DNA from: Candidatus Bathyarchaeia archaeon
Lineage (GTDB): Bacteria > Patescibacteriota > Microgenomatia > PFEM01 > JAFGMK01
Assembly (NCBI GenBank): GCA_035529595.1
Contig: DATKWK010000035.1
Location: 113,067-177,066, forward strand
DNA: 64,000 nucleotides
Direction of reading: 5' to 3'
Shown here: positions 38,663 to 48,171 of the stretch, one piece after another
Layout of the letters: each line of letters starts with the position of its first letter
How positions within the stretch are numbered: the stretch's first letter is position 1
Notes under the pieces: model-generated
What the model was told of the DNA's origin: nothing
Seen by the model: the letters and a program-made list of their open reading frames with translations, nothing else
The model's database searches: none
Made by a program: the position numbers and the translations under genes

Positions 38663-39761
38663 AAACTTTCAGAGTCTCTTGAGCTGTCTTTTCCCAGGTA
38701 AACTTTTTTACCCGAGCAAATCCCCGTTTAATTAACGTCTCCCGTTCCTCTTCAATTTGCCTCAAGCCATCAACGATCGATTTCACTTTCAGCGGATCCA
38801 CAAGAACGGCCGACTTTCCGGCAATTTCCGGCATACTGGAAAGATTTGAAGTAACCACCGGACAGCCACAGGCAAAGGCACCCAAAATCGGCATGCCGAA
38901 ACCCTCATACAAAGATGCGTAAACCAAACAATAAGCACCACTGTACAAAGCCGCCAATTCCGCTGTCGGTAAATAGCCGGTAAAAATCAAGCGGGGAATT
39001 CTTTTGTTAAGCTCCAGAACCTTTTTATCCCAGCCGGTCTTACCGGCCACCACTAAGGATAAATCAGGCTTCGTTTTTAGCAGCAAATAAAAAGCTTCAA
39101 TAATTTTGCCCAGATTTTTCCGCGGCTCGATCGTTGATAAAGCCAGAAGATAGCGGCCTTCAATACCGTATTTTTTCTTAATCGCTGCAATTTGCCTGAT
39201 AGATGCTGGTTTCAGAACTTCATCTTGAAGCGCCTCGTAAATAACTTTGATTTTCTCTTCGGGATAACTCAGATACTTAATCGTATCTTCCTTTGTTGTC
39301 TGGGAAACAGCAATAACAAAGTCAACTTCCTGTTTAACTAACTGCAGTTTCCTTTTCATTACTGCCAGTATCTTCGGGTGGGCGGTTTGAGGATACTTGA
39401 AAAAGCCGAAGTCATGAATAGTTGTCACTTTAGCGCCAGCTGATGGCGGCTGAATCCAATCGGAAGAGTGAAAAACGTCAATCGGTCCGGTTATTTTTTC
39501 CACTGGAAATATTCGCCATTGATTTCCTAAATATTCGGCTAAAGTTATCGGTAAGCTGAGTATTTTACTGCTGAAATTAGAATTGACCCTCTCAACTTCT
39601 TTGCCGAAATCAATCAAGGTCCTCTTAAGACGACAGGAAGTACCAAAAAGGACATATTGATTGTCTTTATCGAATTTGGCCAAAGCCTTAACCAGGTTAC
39701 GGGTATAGAAAGAGACACCGGTTCCGTAAACAATTTGACTGATATCAATGGTTATTCTCAT
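38631..39761 (-). CDS. Glycosyltransferase family 4
   Basis: GTGVSFY, TTIHD, TIEPRKNL and YEGFGMPI. ATG 39761 preferred. Confidence 0.92.
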   Translation of the reverse strand: MRITIDISQIVYGTGVSFYTRNLVKALAKFDKDNQYVLFGTSCRLKRTLIDFGKEVERVNSNFSSKILSLPITLAEYLGNQWRIFPVEKITGPIDVFHSSDWIQPPSAGAKVTTIHDFGFFKYPQTAHPKILAVMKRKLQLVKQEVDFVIAVSQTTKEDTIKYLSYPEEKIKVIYEALQDEVLKPASIRQIAAIKKKYGIEGRYLLALSTIEPRKNLGKIIEAFYLLLKTKPDLSLVVAGKTGWDKKVLELNKRIPRLIFTGYLPTAELAALYSGAYCLVYASLYEGFGMPILGAFACGCPVVTSNLSSMPEIAGKSAVLVDPLKVKSIVDGLRQIEEERETLIKRGFARVKKFTWEKTAQETLKVYEEAYKKRKT

Positions 39762-41218
39762 AGCTTCCCATACTCCCACACTGGAATCTGATTAAAACTG
39801 ATTTCCCTGATTTTAGCAAAACCTAGTCTTTTTAGCCATAAATCAATCCGTTCTTGGGGATCAAAAAGCGGCACTAAATAGCGGATATAATATACTTCTT
39901 TATCGGTAAATTCGCTTACCGGTAAATTGTCGATTTCTCTATTTTCTATTGGTTTAACTTTTTCGGAAACTGATATTAACTTTCCCTGTTGCTTCGCGTA
40001 ATATTGCCAAGGCCAGGCAGATGTCGCTGATGGCAATACGGCAACGGAATTTTCCTGGGACTTGATAAAACGGGTTACTCCCCGCCAATCTTCGCGCTGG
40101 AAATGGGGATTAAAGTAGTAAACAGCTAAAGAAACCAGATTAACCGACAGAACGAGTACCAGTGCGATTATTCTAATCTTTGAATTTTTTGTTTGTATAA
40201 TCCCGATTGCTAAAAGCAGATAAAAAGCCGGCAAACATAAAAGCAATCGAAAGGGCTGATAATTTGGTATCAAAGACGATACCAACCAAGCAATAAGAAT
40301 CGGAAGCGACAACCAACTCAAGATCACAAAATTTATGCTATTCACCACAAATTTTTTACTGGATAATATACCGGTGACGATTATTTTCCCGTAGACCAGC
40401 AACAATATCCCGATAAAAAAACCGTATATATTTTTATTAAAAATGGTAATCCGGCCGATGGCGAATTTAATAAAAGTTAACGGCAGGGCTTTAAAAAAAC
40501 TAAGATTGACTAATCTCCCCCATCCCGGTAGAAATAAAACGGCTGCCCGCCCCACTCTAAGTTGGATAAAGAAAAAAGGTAACCAGGGAATAAAAAGTAA
40601 CCAGGGAATAAAAAAATCTCGAAGTAAGAAACGCTTTTTGGCAAAAATTGCTATTAACCCCTGAGCCAAAAGAATAAAAAAACCGTAATAATCAGTATAA
40701 AGCAAGGCGGTAGTGGCAAGAACATAACCGACAGTCAGAGATTGTTTTTTTCTATAATCTGCCGGCTGGCAACCGATGACTTTGGTAAATATCCATATCG
40801 AAAGACCGGCAAAAAAAGTTACCATCACATACATTCTCGCCTCTTGGGAATAATAGATATGATAAGGCGCGGTTGCTAGCAAAAGGGCAGCTACCGAAGC
40901 AGTTGAAAATTGAAAATTGAAAATTGAAAATTTGTAAGAACTTATTTCTAGGCCGATTTTATAAACCAGCCAGACTGTTCCTACTCCAAATAAAACTGAG
41001 GGCAGACGCAAGATTACCTCACTTGACCCAAAAAAGTGACTCCAAAGCCAGATAAACAAATGGTAAAGAGGCGGATGAAAATCACCCCGAAGTTCACTTA
41101 AAAGATTGCTAAGTGAACCCTGGCTGGTTAACGCCTGGACGGCCTCATCAAGCCAAAATGATTGATTAAGATTAATCAAGCGCAAAAACAGAGCGAAGAT
41201 TAATATTGATAACAGCAT
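39758..41218 (-). CDS. ArnT/PMT-like GT-C glycosyltransferase
   Basis: SFWLDEA, DFHPPLY, LRLPS, YSQEARMY and REDWR. ATG 41218 in a TGATG overlap. Confidence 0.83.
   Translation of the reverse strand: MLLSILIFALFLRLINLNQSFWLDEAVQALTSQGSLSNLLSELRGDFHPPLYHLFIWLWSHFFGSSEVILRLPSVLFGVGTVWLVYKIGLEISSYKFSIFNFQFSTASVAALLLATAPYHIYYSQEARMYVMVTFFAGLSIWIFTKVIGCQPADYRKKQSLTVGYVLATTALLYTDYYGFFILLAQGLIAIFAKKRFLLRDFFIPWLLFIPWLPFFFIQLRVGRAAVLFLPGWGRLVNLSFFKALPLTFIKFAIGRITIFNKNIYGFFIGILLLVYGKIIVTGILSSKKFVVNSINFVILSWLSLPILIAWLVSSLIPNYQPFRLLLCLPAFYLLLAIGIIQTKNSKIRIIALVLVLSVNLVSLAVYYFNPHFQREDWRGVTRFIKSQENSVAVLPSATSAWPWQYYAKQQGKLISVSEKVKPIENREIDNLPVSEFTDKEVYYIRYLVPLFDPQERIDLWLKRLGFAKIREISFNQIPVWEYGKL
40579..40614 (+). 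repeat. Perfect 18-bp tandem duplication inside the GT-C gene
   Basis: gtaaccagggaataaaaa x2; encodes FIPWL twice. Confidence 0.9.
40903..40930 (+). repeat. (TTGAAAA)4 heptamer tandem repeat inside the GT-C gene
   Basis: Four perfect units; encodes FSIFNFQFS. Confidence 0.9.
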
Positions 41219-42447
41219 CAAACCCTCTCTGCTTGTTGTAAAGGCAATAGAAAATGATAATAAAGGTCCATTATTTTTGAAGCGGCGTAGTTTTGAATTA
41301 TCATCTTCCTGGACACAATGCTGAACTCACTTCTTAAACGCGGATTCCTTATCAATGATTCCAATGCCACAAACAGTTCTTCAGGATTTTCTTTTTCTAC
41401 AAGAATGCCATTCTTTTTGTTAATCACTATCTCAGCTATTCCTCCTACCCTGGTGGCAATAACCGGTAAACCGGCGGCCATCGCTTCTAAAATAGAAAGT
41501 GAGATTCCTTCAGAATGAAGTGAGGGGTAAACAAAAATATCAGCCGCTTTCAGGTATTTTACCACCTCGTTCTTTTGCTTTTCGCCTAACAAAAGAACTG
41601 ATTTTACTTCTCTTTCTCTTAAATATCTTTTCAGCTGGTCTTCAACCGAGTCAAAATTATTTTTCCCCGAACCAAGAATAACTAAAACAGTTTTCAGATC
41701 TTTTGTATTAATCTTTTTCCAAGCCTTTAGCAAAACAATTAATCCTTTCCTGCGAACCAATCGGCCGCAAAAAATAACAATCACTTTCCCCAAAGGAAGT
41801 AAAATCTTTTTTCTTATCAGGTTTTTCTCTTCGTAAGAACTTGGGGGGATAAAACAGTCTGTCTCCACACCGTCGGGTATCTTGATAATCTTCTTCGCGG
41901 AAATTTTCAGACTGATTAATTCTTTTTTAATCTGCTCGGTTTGAGCAATATAGAAGTCAGCCTTCCCGGCGATAAAAAGTCGAAATTTCATTAAGGGGTG
42001 AATAATTTTTCTGGCTGTTAAGGCAAAAGGGCCGGAAAAAAAAAGTTCGCCCGGTGTAGCTACCCTCGCAATCACTTTTTTTGAAAGAGTTTTTCCAAGC
42101 AGAATTCCGGTTGAACCGAAAATATTAGCCAAGCCACCGTTAACAAAAATTAAATTATACTGCCGATGATTTTTAAGCAGGAAGAACGCCAGTAATAAAC
42201 CTGCTAAGTAGTTAGCCAAGCGAGTATTTCCGGGTATTCCTAGTCTTTCTACCTTAAAACCTTGCTTATAGTATTCTTCCTGAGATAATTCTTTCTTAAT
42301 TCTCCGGGTCAAAACTAAAACTCGGGCTCCCCGCCTTGACAGATTTTCGGCTAAACTAAAAGTCTGTGTTTCCGTTCCACCGACAAACGGATGAAACTTC
42401 TCGATGATAAAAACTATTGAAAAAGGTAACTTTTCGGATTTTTTCAT
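41218..42447 (-). CDS. Glycosyltransferase family 4
   Basis: GGTETQ, GRLVRRKG and EGISLSILEAMAAG. True start is probably ATG 42447; the ORF-track extension overlaps the upstream gene. Confidence 0.9.
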   Translation of the reverse strand: MKKSEKLPFSIVFIIEKFHPFVGGTETQTFSLAENLSRRGARVLVLTRRIKKELSQEEYYKQGFKVERLGIPGNTRLANYLAGLLLAFFLLKNHRQYNLIFVNGGLANIFGSTGILLGKTLSKKVIARVATPGELFFSGPFALTARKIIHPLMKFRLFIAGKADFYIAQTEQIKKELISLKISAKKIIKIPDGVETDCFIPPSSYEEKNLIRKKILLPLGKVIVIFCGRLVRRKGLIVLLKAWKKINTKDLKTVLVILGSGKNNFDSVEDQLKRYLREREVKSVLLLGEKQKNEVVKYLKAADIFVYPSLHSEGISLSILEAMAAGLPVIATRVGGIAEIVINKKNGILVEKENPEELFVALESLIRNPRLRSEFSIVSRKMIIQNYAASKIMDLYYHFLLPLQQAERV

Positions 42448-42455
42448 AAATTGGC

Positions 42456-43973
42456 CTACTTGTTTTTGTCCCAAGAATAAAGCTCTATTGGCCATCGGTT
42501 CCAATCGGGAGAAAACCAGGCAAATTCTTCCCGCTTTTCTAAATTCAGCTTTTCTCTGCAAAATTCAACTAGTCCCGATGGATAAAAACGAAAATTATGC
42601 TCTACCAAAACTACAAAGCCTTTTGGGTATCGGTCATATATTTCTTTGACCTCCTCTAAATTATGAAGAAAGACAGCTCCGCTATTTGGATTTTCTTTTA
42701 TCGCTTCAGATACATCATTTCTGGGAATGAAAACAGGGATTTTTTCACCTAAATACCAAAAAGGGAGATCATGGCTTAAATCTACTATTGCAGTTTTTTC
42801 CCTATCCCGATAATCGCCTATCTTTGATTCGACAAAGCTGTAAATGCCTTTGTAGTCGATCTCGGGAATTTCTCGCATATCAAGGTTAAGGGTGTAAAAT
42901 TGCCGTGGTTTAATAGAAAATTTATCACCGTTTAATAAAATAAATAATAAAAAAAATGAAAAGACGAGAGTTTTTCCAATTTTGGTTTTGGAAAAATAAT
43001 TACTAATAAAAAAAAGGGAATATGAAGAAACAAGAAACATAATGGGAAAAATCGGCAAAGCATACTTTTCGAAAGGAACAGCAATTAAAAATGAAATTAT
43101 GAATAAATAAATTACTGTAAACGAAAATAGAATTAAGAATAGGTTCTTTTTCTTTCTATTTAACAAGGCCAAAAAACCTAAGTAGGTCAAAAAAGAAATC
43201 AAAGAATATTGACGCCAAAAAAGCGAGTGATAGTAGGATAAAAAAATTTCCTTACCAAAATTTATTATCTTATAATTATAAACCCAACTTATTGCATATC
43301 TGAAATTAGAACAAATTATTATCAGTCCAATAGAAAAAAGAGTAATTAATAAACTAGTCCTCTTACTTAAAAATACCTTGAGGTTTATTTTCCAGAGTAA
43401 GCCAAAAAAGATAATCGGCACAACTATTAATCCAAGGGTATGTGTCCAGATACTTAGAAATGAGAAAACAATCGATAAAAAGAGAGGCCTCTTTTTGCCA
43501 GTTTCAAGGAATTGATATAAAAAGTAAATCGAAAGAAGAAGAAAAACTTCTAAAATTACATAACCACGGGCTTGTCTTGACCAAGCAATTTGAATATAAG
43601 AAAAAGTAGTTAAGGCCGCTGCTCCTAGTCCTGTTAGATTATTGAATAATTTTTTTCCAATGAAAAAAGTTATAAGAATTAGTAGTATACCAAATACTAC
43701 TTCTGGAAGACGAGCCGATAATTCGTTTTTCCCAAGAAACATGAAAGAAACGGCTGTCAAATAGTGAGTTACAAAATAAGAATTTTCTTTATAGCCGGTT
43801 GAGGAAATTTGCGGTAATCCGGTTTCCAGAATTCCTCGGGCAAAACGGGCAGTTGAAGCCTCATCGGTCCAAAACGAATATTGCGTCTCTAAACCATTAA
43901 TCCGATACCAAAAACCAAGAAGAACTAAAAATATGAGAACAATCTCTCCAAAATACCTTAAGAAAAACTTCAT
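42456..43973 (-). CDS. ArnT/PMT-like GT-C glycosyltransferase
   Basis: SFWTDEA, SARLP and WSRQARGY; multi-TM; noticeably AT-rich. Confidence 0.82.
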   Translation of the reverse strand: MKFFLRYFGEIVLIFLVLLGFWYRINGLETQYSFWTDEASTARFARGILETGLPQISSTGYKENSYFVTHYLTAVSFMFLGKNELSARLPEVVFGILLILITFFIGKKLFNNLTGLGAAALTTFSYIQIAWSRQARGYVILEVFLLLSIYFLYQFLETGKKRPLFLSIVFSFLSIWTHTLGLIVVPIIFFGLLWKINLKVFLSKRTSLLITLFSIGLIIICSNFRYAISWVYNYKIINFGKEIFLSYYHSLFWRQYSLISFLTYLGFLALLNRKKKNLFLILFSFTVIYLFIISFLIAVPFEKYALPIFPIMFLVSSYSLFFISNYFSKTKIGKTLVFSFFLLFILLNGDKFSIKPRQFYTLNLDMREIPEIDYKGIYSFVESKIGDYRDREKTAIVDLSHDLPFWYLGEKIPVFIPRNDVSEAIKENPNSGAVFLHNLEEVKEIYDRYPKGFVVLVEHNFRFYPSGLVEFCREKLNLEKREEFAWFSPDWNRWPIELYSWDKNK

Positions 43974-43977
43974 AAAG

Positions 43978-45204
43978 TTATTTTCTCAAAATTTTTAAGA
44001 CAAATAAATTATTAACTACCACCCCAAGAAATTCTCCTCCAACCAGCGCCCAAGCAGCTCCTATAACTGAGAAGCGAGAAATCAACCAAACACAAAGACA
44101 CAGATGAAACAACCATTTTAATCCTAACCACTTTAAAAAATGTTTAGCTTCGGGCGAGTTTTGAATAATATTTCCTGCCAAAGAATTCAAAAAAAACAAA
44201 AAAAGTGCTATTCCCAAAACCAGAAGAACAGGAATGGCTTCCTGGTAATTCCTTCCGTAGAAACTTTCAATGATCAATCTGGAAAAGTACATTAATAACA
44301 AGCAAATAGGCAAAGCAAGCAAGACTAAAATCCTTAATCCTCTTTTATATAATTCTTTTAAATGAGTTAAATTGCCAACAAACAATCTGGAAGATAGCGG
44401 AAACAAAGCTAAAGAGAAGGACTGGGGAATTAAAATCAGAGCCTCGATAAACTTGAAAGCAGCACTGTAGATTCCGGTATAATAAGTCCCCTTGATGAAA
44501 GCAACTGCGAGAACTGTCGTTCTTAAATAAAAAACCGCTATAATGGTCAGACCGGCGAAAACCCATGACCGGGAAACGGTTTGACGCCAAAATTTTCTAT
44601 CTACCACCCAATTTACATCTAAATCCCATATGGATGCTTTAATTAAAAAGACTAAGGCAATAGCCAAATTTGCCAATACGACCGCCAAAAAAAAGAAACC
44701 AATCGGTAGTTTAAGGAGTATAAAAAACGCTCCTAAAAACGCGGTCAATACCGGCGTGCTGATGTTTACCATTGCCATATAGCCCATCTTTTCCCGGGCA
44801 TTTTGCAAATTTGTAAATAAATAAATTAAGTTGTAAGGAAAAAGCATCAATCCAAGAATAGCTAAATAAAAAATCTGTCTTGGAGGCCGGCCTAAAGCGG
44901 CGCCACAAGCCAAAGCACCAATATACGCCCCGAAAGTGATAAGAAAACGCAAAGGCAAAAGACGCCTTAAATAAGAAGCGGCTCGCTTGGGCTGACGCGA
45001 AATATCCCGAAGAACTAATCTCTCAATTCCAAAATCAGCCACCGGAATAAAGCTGTAAACAAAGGACAATACGAAATTATAAACCCCGAAATTTTCTACT
45101 CCCAGAAATCTGGCTAAAAAGATAAAATACAAAAAACCCACGACTCTGGCAACAATTTGGGAAACAGAAAGAATTAAAGTATTTTTGGCTATTTTTCGCC
45201 TCAT
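43978..45204 (-). CDS. wzx: Oligosaccharide flippase (Wzx/MOP family)
   Basis: KNT, ARFLGVENFGVY, DFGI, GIYSAAFK and GAAWA; about 12 TM segments. Confidence 0.88.
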   Translation of the reverse strand: MRRKIAKNTLILSVSQIVARVVGFLYFIFLARFLGVENFGVYNFVLSFVYSFIPVADFGIERLVLRDISRQPKRAASYLRRLLPLRFLITFGAYIGALACGAALGRPPRQIFYLAILGLMLFPYNLIYLFTNLQNAREKMGYMAMVNISTPVLTAFLGAFFILLKLPIGFFFLAVVLANLAIALVFLIKASIWDLDVNWVVDRKFWRQTVSRSWVFAGLTIIAVFYLRTTVLAVAFIKGTYYTGIYSAAFKFIEALILIPQSFSLALFPLSSRLFVGNLTHLKELYKRGLRILVLLALPICLLLMYFSRLIIESFYGRNYQEAIPVLLVLGIALFLFFLNSLAGNIIQNSPEAKHFLKWLGLKWLFHLCLCVWLISRFSVIGAAWALVGGEFLGVVVNNLFVLKILRK

Positions 45205-45211
45205 ACCTTGA

Positions 45212-45241
45212 ATTCTACTCTACTCGGACCGCTTTTCTCAA
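45212..45241 (-). promoter_or_regulatory. Putative promoter for wzx (TTGAGA-18-TAGAAT), 7 nt from the ATG
   Basis: Minus strand reads ttgaga aaagcggtccgagtagag tagaat tcaaggt ATG. Confidence 0.45.
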
Positions 45242-45327
45242 ACGGATATTTTTCCCCAGAGGTATTGATTACTACCAAGTCGCAAATGCATCTAAGTTTA
45301 TCTATAAGATGGCCGTGTCCGCCAAAA

Positions 45328-46011
45328 TTACTTCTTATTTTCATCTTTTAAATATTCAACGAACATTTGAGCTACGCCTATGGCCAAGAATATATACGCC
45401 CAAATCGCGGTTTTTTCAGCAAAAGACTCCTTTTTAAGAATCAACAGAAACGGGCAAAAAAAAAGAAAAAATAATCCTCCCGCCACAGAAATTATTCCTG
45501 TAAATTTGAAACGCTTGATCGATAAAAGCCACAGGCAAACCAAAAATAAAATCAGCCAATCAGAAGTAAAAGTGAAAGCAAGAATATCAAGCACAATCCC
45601 TAAAGAGACTGCCGCCAGAATATTATATTTACTTAGGATAAAGCTTTTCAAGGTTTGCCAAAGTCCGCCAAAGATCGCCAGAATCGTAGCAAAAGTCATT
45701 ATCACCGGTCCCGTCTTGCTAGTTAATCTTTCTGGATCACGATCAACCATTTTCCTTAGTAAATTTTCTCTTCTCTCCAAGAAATTATTTTTAATTCCAA
45801 AAAGCACTCTTCCTAAAGCCAGATGAATAAGTCGCCATCTACTTTTAATCTCCGATATGACCAAGAGAAAAAAAAGGAACCAAAAAAAACTATTTAAGAC
45901 CGATGCATCAATTCCAAAATTTAAGCCGAATAATTGGGCTGTCCAGAGCAGAAAAATGACCGTAAAGAAAGAAAAGAACAACTTACGGTAATTTAAAAAA
46001 TAAATCCTCAT
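45328..46011 (-). CDS. Hypothetical integral membrane protein
   Basis: About 6 hydrophobic segments; C-terminal AEKTAIWAYIFL. Confidence 0.75.
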   Translation of the reverse strand: MRIYFLNYRKLFFSFFTVIFLLWTAQLFGLNFGIDASVLNSFFWFLFFLLVISEIKSRWRLIHLALGRVLFGIKNNFLERRENLLRKMVDRDPERLTSKTGPVIMTFATILAIFGGLWQTLKSFILSKYNILAAVSLGIVLDILAFTFTSDWLILFLVCLWLLSIKRFKFTGIISVAGGLFFLFFCPFLLILKKESFAEKTAIWAYIFLAIGVAQMFVEYLKDENKK

Positions 46012-46048
46012 CTTTATTCAACTACTGGGAATAAATCCCAAAAATATC

Positions 46049-46792
46049 TTAATAAGTAGCCTTAATAGTCAGATTACCGGGATTTCTAATTTCAAACGGA
46101 ATACTGTTGCTGATTATACCATCGCTTCTTTTCAGATAAAGATTAACGCAGCCAAATTTAACCGGCACCGGCAATTCAGCGATAATTATTCCTTCACTCC
46201 AAGATCGGATGTTAGTTTCTTCATTATCGAGCATTACCTTGCCTCCTTTCCAAATCGGAAAAAAATTCAATCCCCTGATTTCAATTAAACTGCCCTGAAT
46301 TCCCCAGTTAGCGCTGATCTTATAGATCTTGGGCAAATATTCCTTGGTTAACTTTTCCTGACGATACTCACGGTAAACCAACCCGCAGATAACCACAAAA
46401 ACAAGTAACAAAAACCGAAATATTTTTACTTTCAATAATTTATTCCAACTAATTGAATTTAAAATAACCGCCAGGATCAACAAAAAAAGCAAACTAAAAA
46501 GAGAAGGAATTTTAGGAATCAGCTTCCAATTTTCAGTCAGCTGGTATTCAAACGGCAAAAAAATTAAAACATAAAAAGATAAAACCAGAATTGACGTAAC
46601 AGAGAAATTTGTTGCCAACCTTATAAAGGGAGAAAAAGCCGGTGACTGCTTGAAGCCCCAGGCCAGCTCAAGTAAAATCATTAAAAAAAGAAAAACAAAC
46701 GTTGCCCCTAACGCTGTCAGGATAACCCTTGAGAGAAAAAGAGTGATCAAAAAAACCAAGCAAGAAAAGATAATACTGGTATATCGTTCCAT
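46049..46792 (-). CDS. Membrane protein with a C-terminal IPT/TIG-like domain
   Basis: About 5 TM segments, then PKIYKIS...GSLIEIRGLNF...SWSEGII...SNSIPF. Confidence 0.72.
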   Translation of the reverse strand: MERYTSIIFSCLVFLITLFLSRVILTALGATFVFLFLMILLELAWGFKQSPAFSPFIRLATNFSVTSILVLSFYVLIFLPFEYQLTENWKLIPKIPSLFSLLFLLILAVILNSISWNKLLKVKIFRFLLLVFVVICGLVYREYRQEKLTKEYLPKIYKISANWGIQGSLIEIRGLNFFPIWKGGKVMLDNEETNIRSWSEGIIIAELPVPVKFGCVNLYLKRSDGIISNSIPFEIRNPGNLTIKATY

Positions 46793-46804
46793 TAATTCAC
46801 CAGT

Positions 46805-48028
46805 TTACTGGAAGAATTGAAGATCGTCAACAAAGAACATCGCCTCACTAGAAGCGGCAATGCCGATTCCGCCCCTAGGAAAACTAGTGTCATTCACTTC
46901 TGATAACTTGATAAAGTCTATGCCGTTCATAGAAAAATAAAATATTAAGCGGTTTTCCTTCATCTCTACCTTTAACCAATAAGGTTGATCTTTCTCCATT
47001 TCGAAACTAGTTATTTTCCCTTTGCTTAAATTCAAATTCTGAGTTTTCCCCTCAAAGAGACCATATTTATTAATCCGCCAAGTATTAGTATCGATCCCAC
47101 CCACTATCAAATAATAACCATAGCCGCTTTTGTAGTCGCCGCGAAAGAAAAGACTAAACTCGCCGTTTTTCATGGGTGTTAACTTGGCCTGGAAAGTGCC
47201 ATTCTTAACCGAACCTTTTTTCAGAGTCGCCCGCTTACCAAACATACCAACCGCTAAAAGACCACCTTCTTTCCTAATTGATAAAAACTTATCCGAGTCA
47301 ACATTCCAATCATTAAGATAATCTTCCTCCTTTTCTGCCCATAAAGTATCAAGATTAACCGTACTTCTCGTTTTCGGGCGGGAAGTCAGCTCAATAACTA
47401 TCTCTCGAATATCCGTTCCTATCTCGCTTTCACCTTCTTCTTTATTCTCAATCGTATAAGTTGAAAATTTTTCTTTGGATAAAACCAAAAGATTCCAACC
47501 CTGACTTAAGCCACTAATAGGAAATTTATAACCCACGTTTTCACTAACAAAAACCAAGTTAAACTCTTCAATGCTGGCATAATCTGTAGCTAAGTAAACA
47601 ATGAATTTAAAATTTAGAACATCTTCGATATTAAATCTCTTTTTCAAACTAGTAATCGCTTTTTTTCCGTCATTACTGGTAATAAACAAGGAACTTACGC
47701 CTTCGTAAAATGTAGCATAGTCAAATTCTTTGTCACCAGACCAATCTTCGTTTTCCTCGAAGCTGGCGATGTCAAAACTAGAAGCGGCTGCATCCCGATA
47801 AGAAAGTTTATACTCTTTGTCGCCAATAGGAATCTGGACTTCAATGGTCTTACTAATAGCCGTTTCTTCTTTCCGAGATAAAAAGGAAACTTCACCCCGC
47901 TCATAAAAGTAAAAGGCAATAACAAAGGCCACAAAAATCAAGGCTAAGGCAATTATCTTTTCAGAAAAAGTCTTTTTCGTCTTTCTCCTTTTCTCCTCAG
48001 ATAGAAAATCTAATTTTTCAAACGCCAT
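46805..48028 (-). CDS. Membrane-anchored protein with beta-sandwich (lectin/DUF1080-like) domains
   Basis: One TM; C-terminal LFFR..YKSGYGY...PYWLKVE...GGIGI..FFVDDL pattern typical of ConA-like folds (inference). Confidence 0.65.
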   Translation of the reverse strand: MAFEKLDFLSEEKRRKTKKTFSEKIIALALIFVAFVIAFYFYERGEVSFLSRKEETAISKTIEVQIPIGDKEYKLSYRDAAASSFDIASFEENEDWSGDKEFDYATFYEGVSSLFITSNDGKKAITSLKKRFNIEDVLNFKFIVYLATDYASIEEFNLVFVSENVGYKFPISGLSQGWNLLVLSKEKFSTYTIENKEEGESEIGTDIREIVIELTSRPKTRSTVNLDTLWAEKEEDYLNDWNVDSDKFLSIRKEGGLLAVGMFGKRATLKKGSVKNGTFQAKLTPMKNGEFSLFFRGDYKSGYGYYLIVGGIDTNTWRINKYGLFEGKTQNLNLSKGKITSFEMEKDQPYWLKVEMKENRLIFYFSMNGIDFIKLSEVNDTSFPRGGIGIAASSEAMFFVDDLQFFQ

Positions 48029-48111
48029 CAGGTTTTCAAAATATCATAAAACCTCAAGTAAGACAAGTAAAGTTTTAGCTTAGTAAGAGTTCAGATTTAC
48101 TGACACACTTT

Positions 48112-48161
48112 GTCATCCTGAACTTGATTCAGGATCTATATAGATTCCGTGTCAAGAATCT
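48112..48161. repeat. REP-like double palindrome (GTCATCCTGAA-CTTGA-TTCAGGATCT ... AGATTC-N8-GAATCT)
   Basis: 8-bp stem at 48115-48122/48128-48135 and 6-bp stem within 48142-48161; intergenic. Confidence 0.7.
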
Positions 48162-48171
48162 GAATGGTTAC

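Noticed and set aside
42448-42561. N-terminal extension of the 447-aa GT4 ORF
   Set aside because: Overlaps the upstream GT-C by more than 100 nt; the GT4-like sequence begins after ATG 42447.
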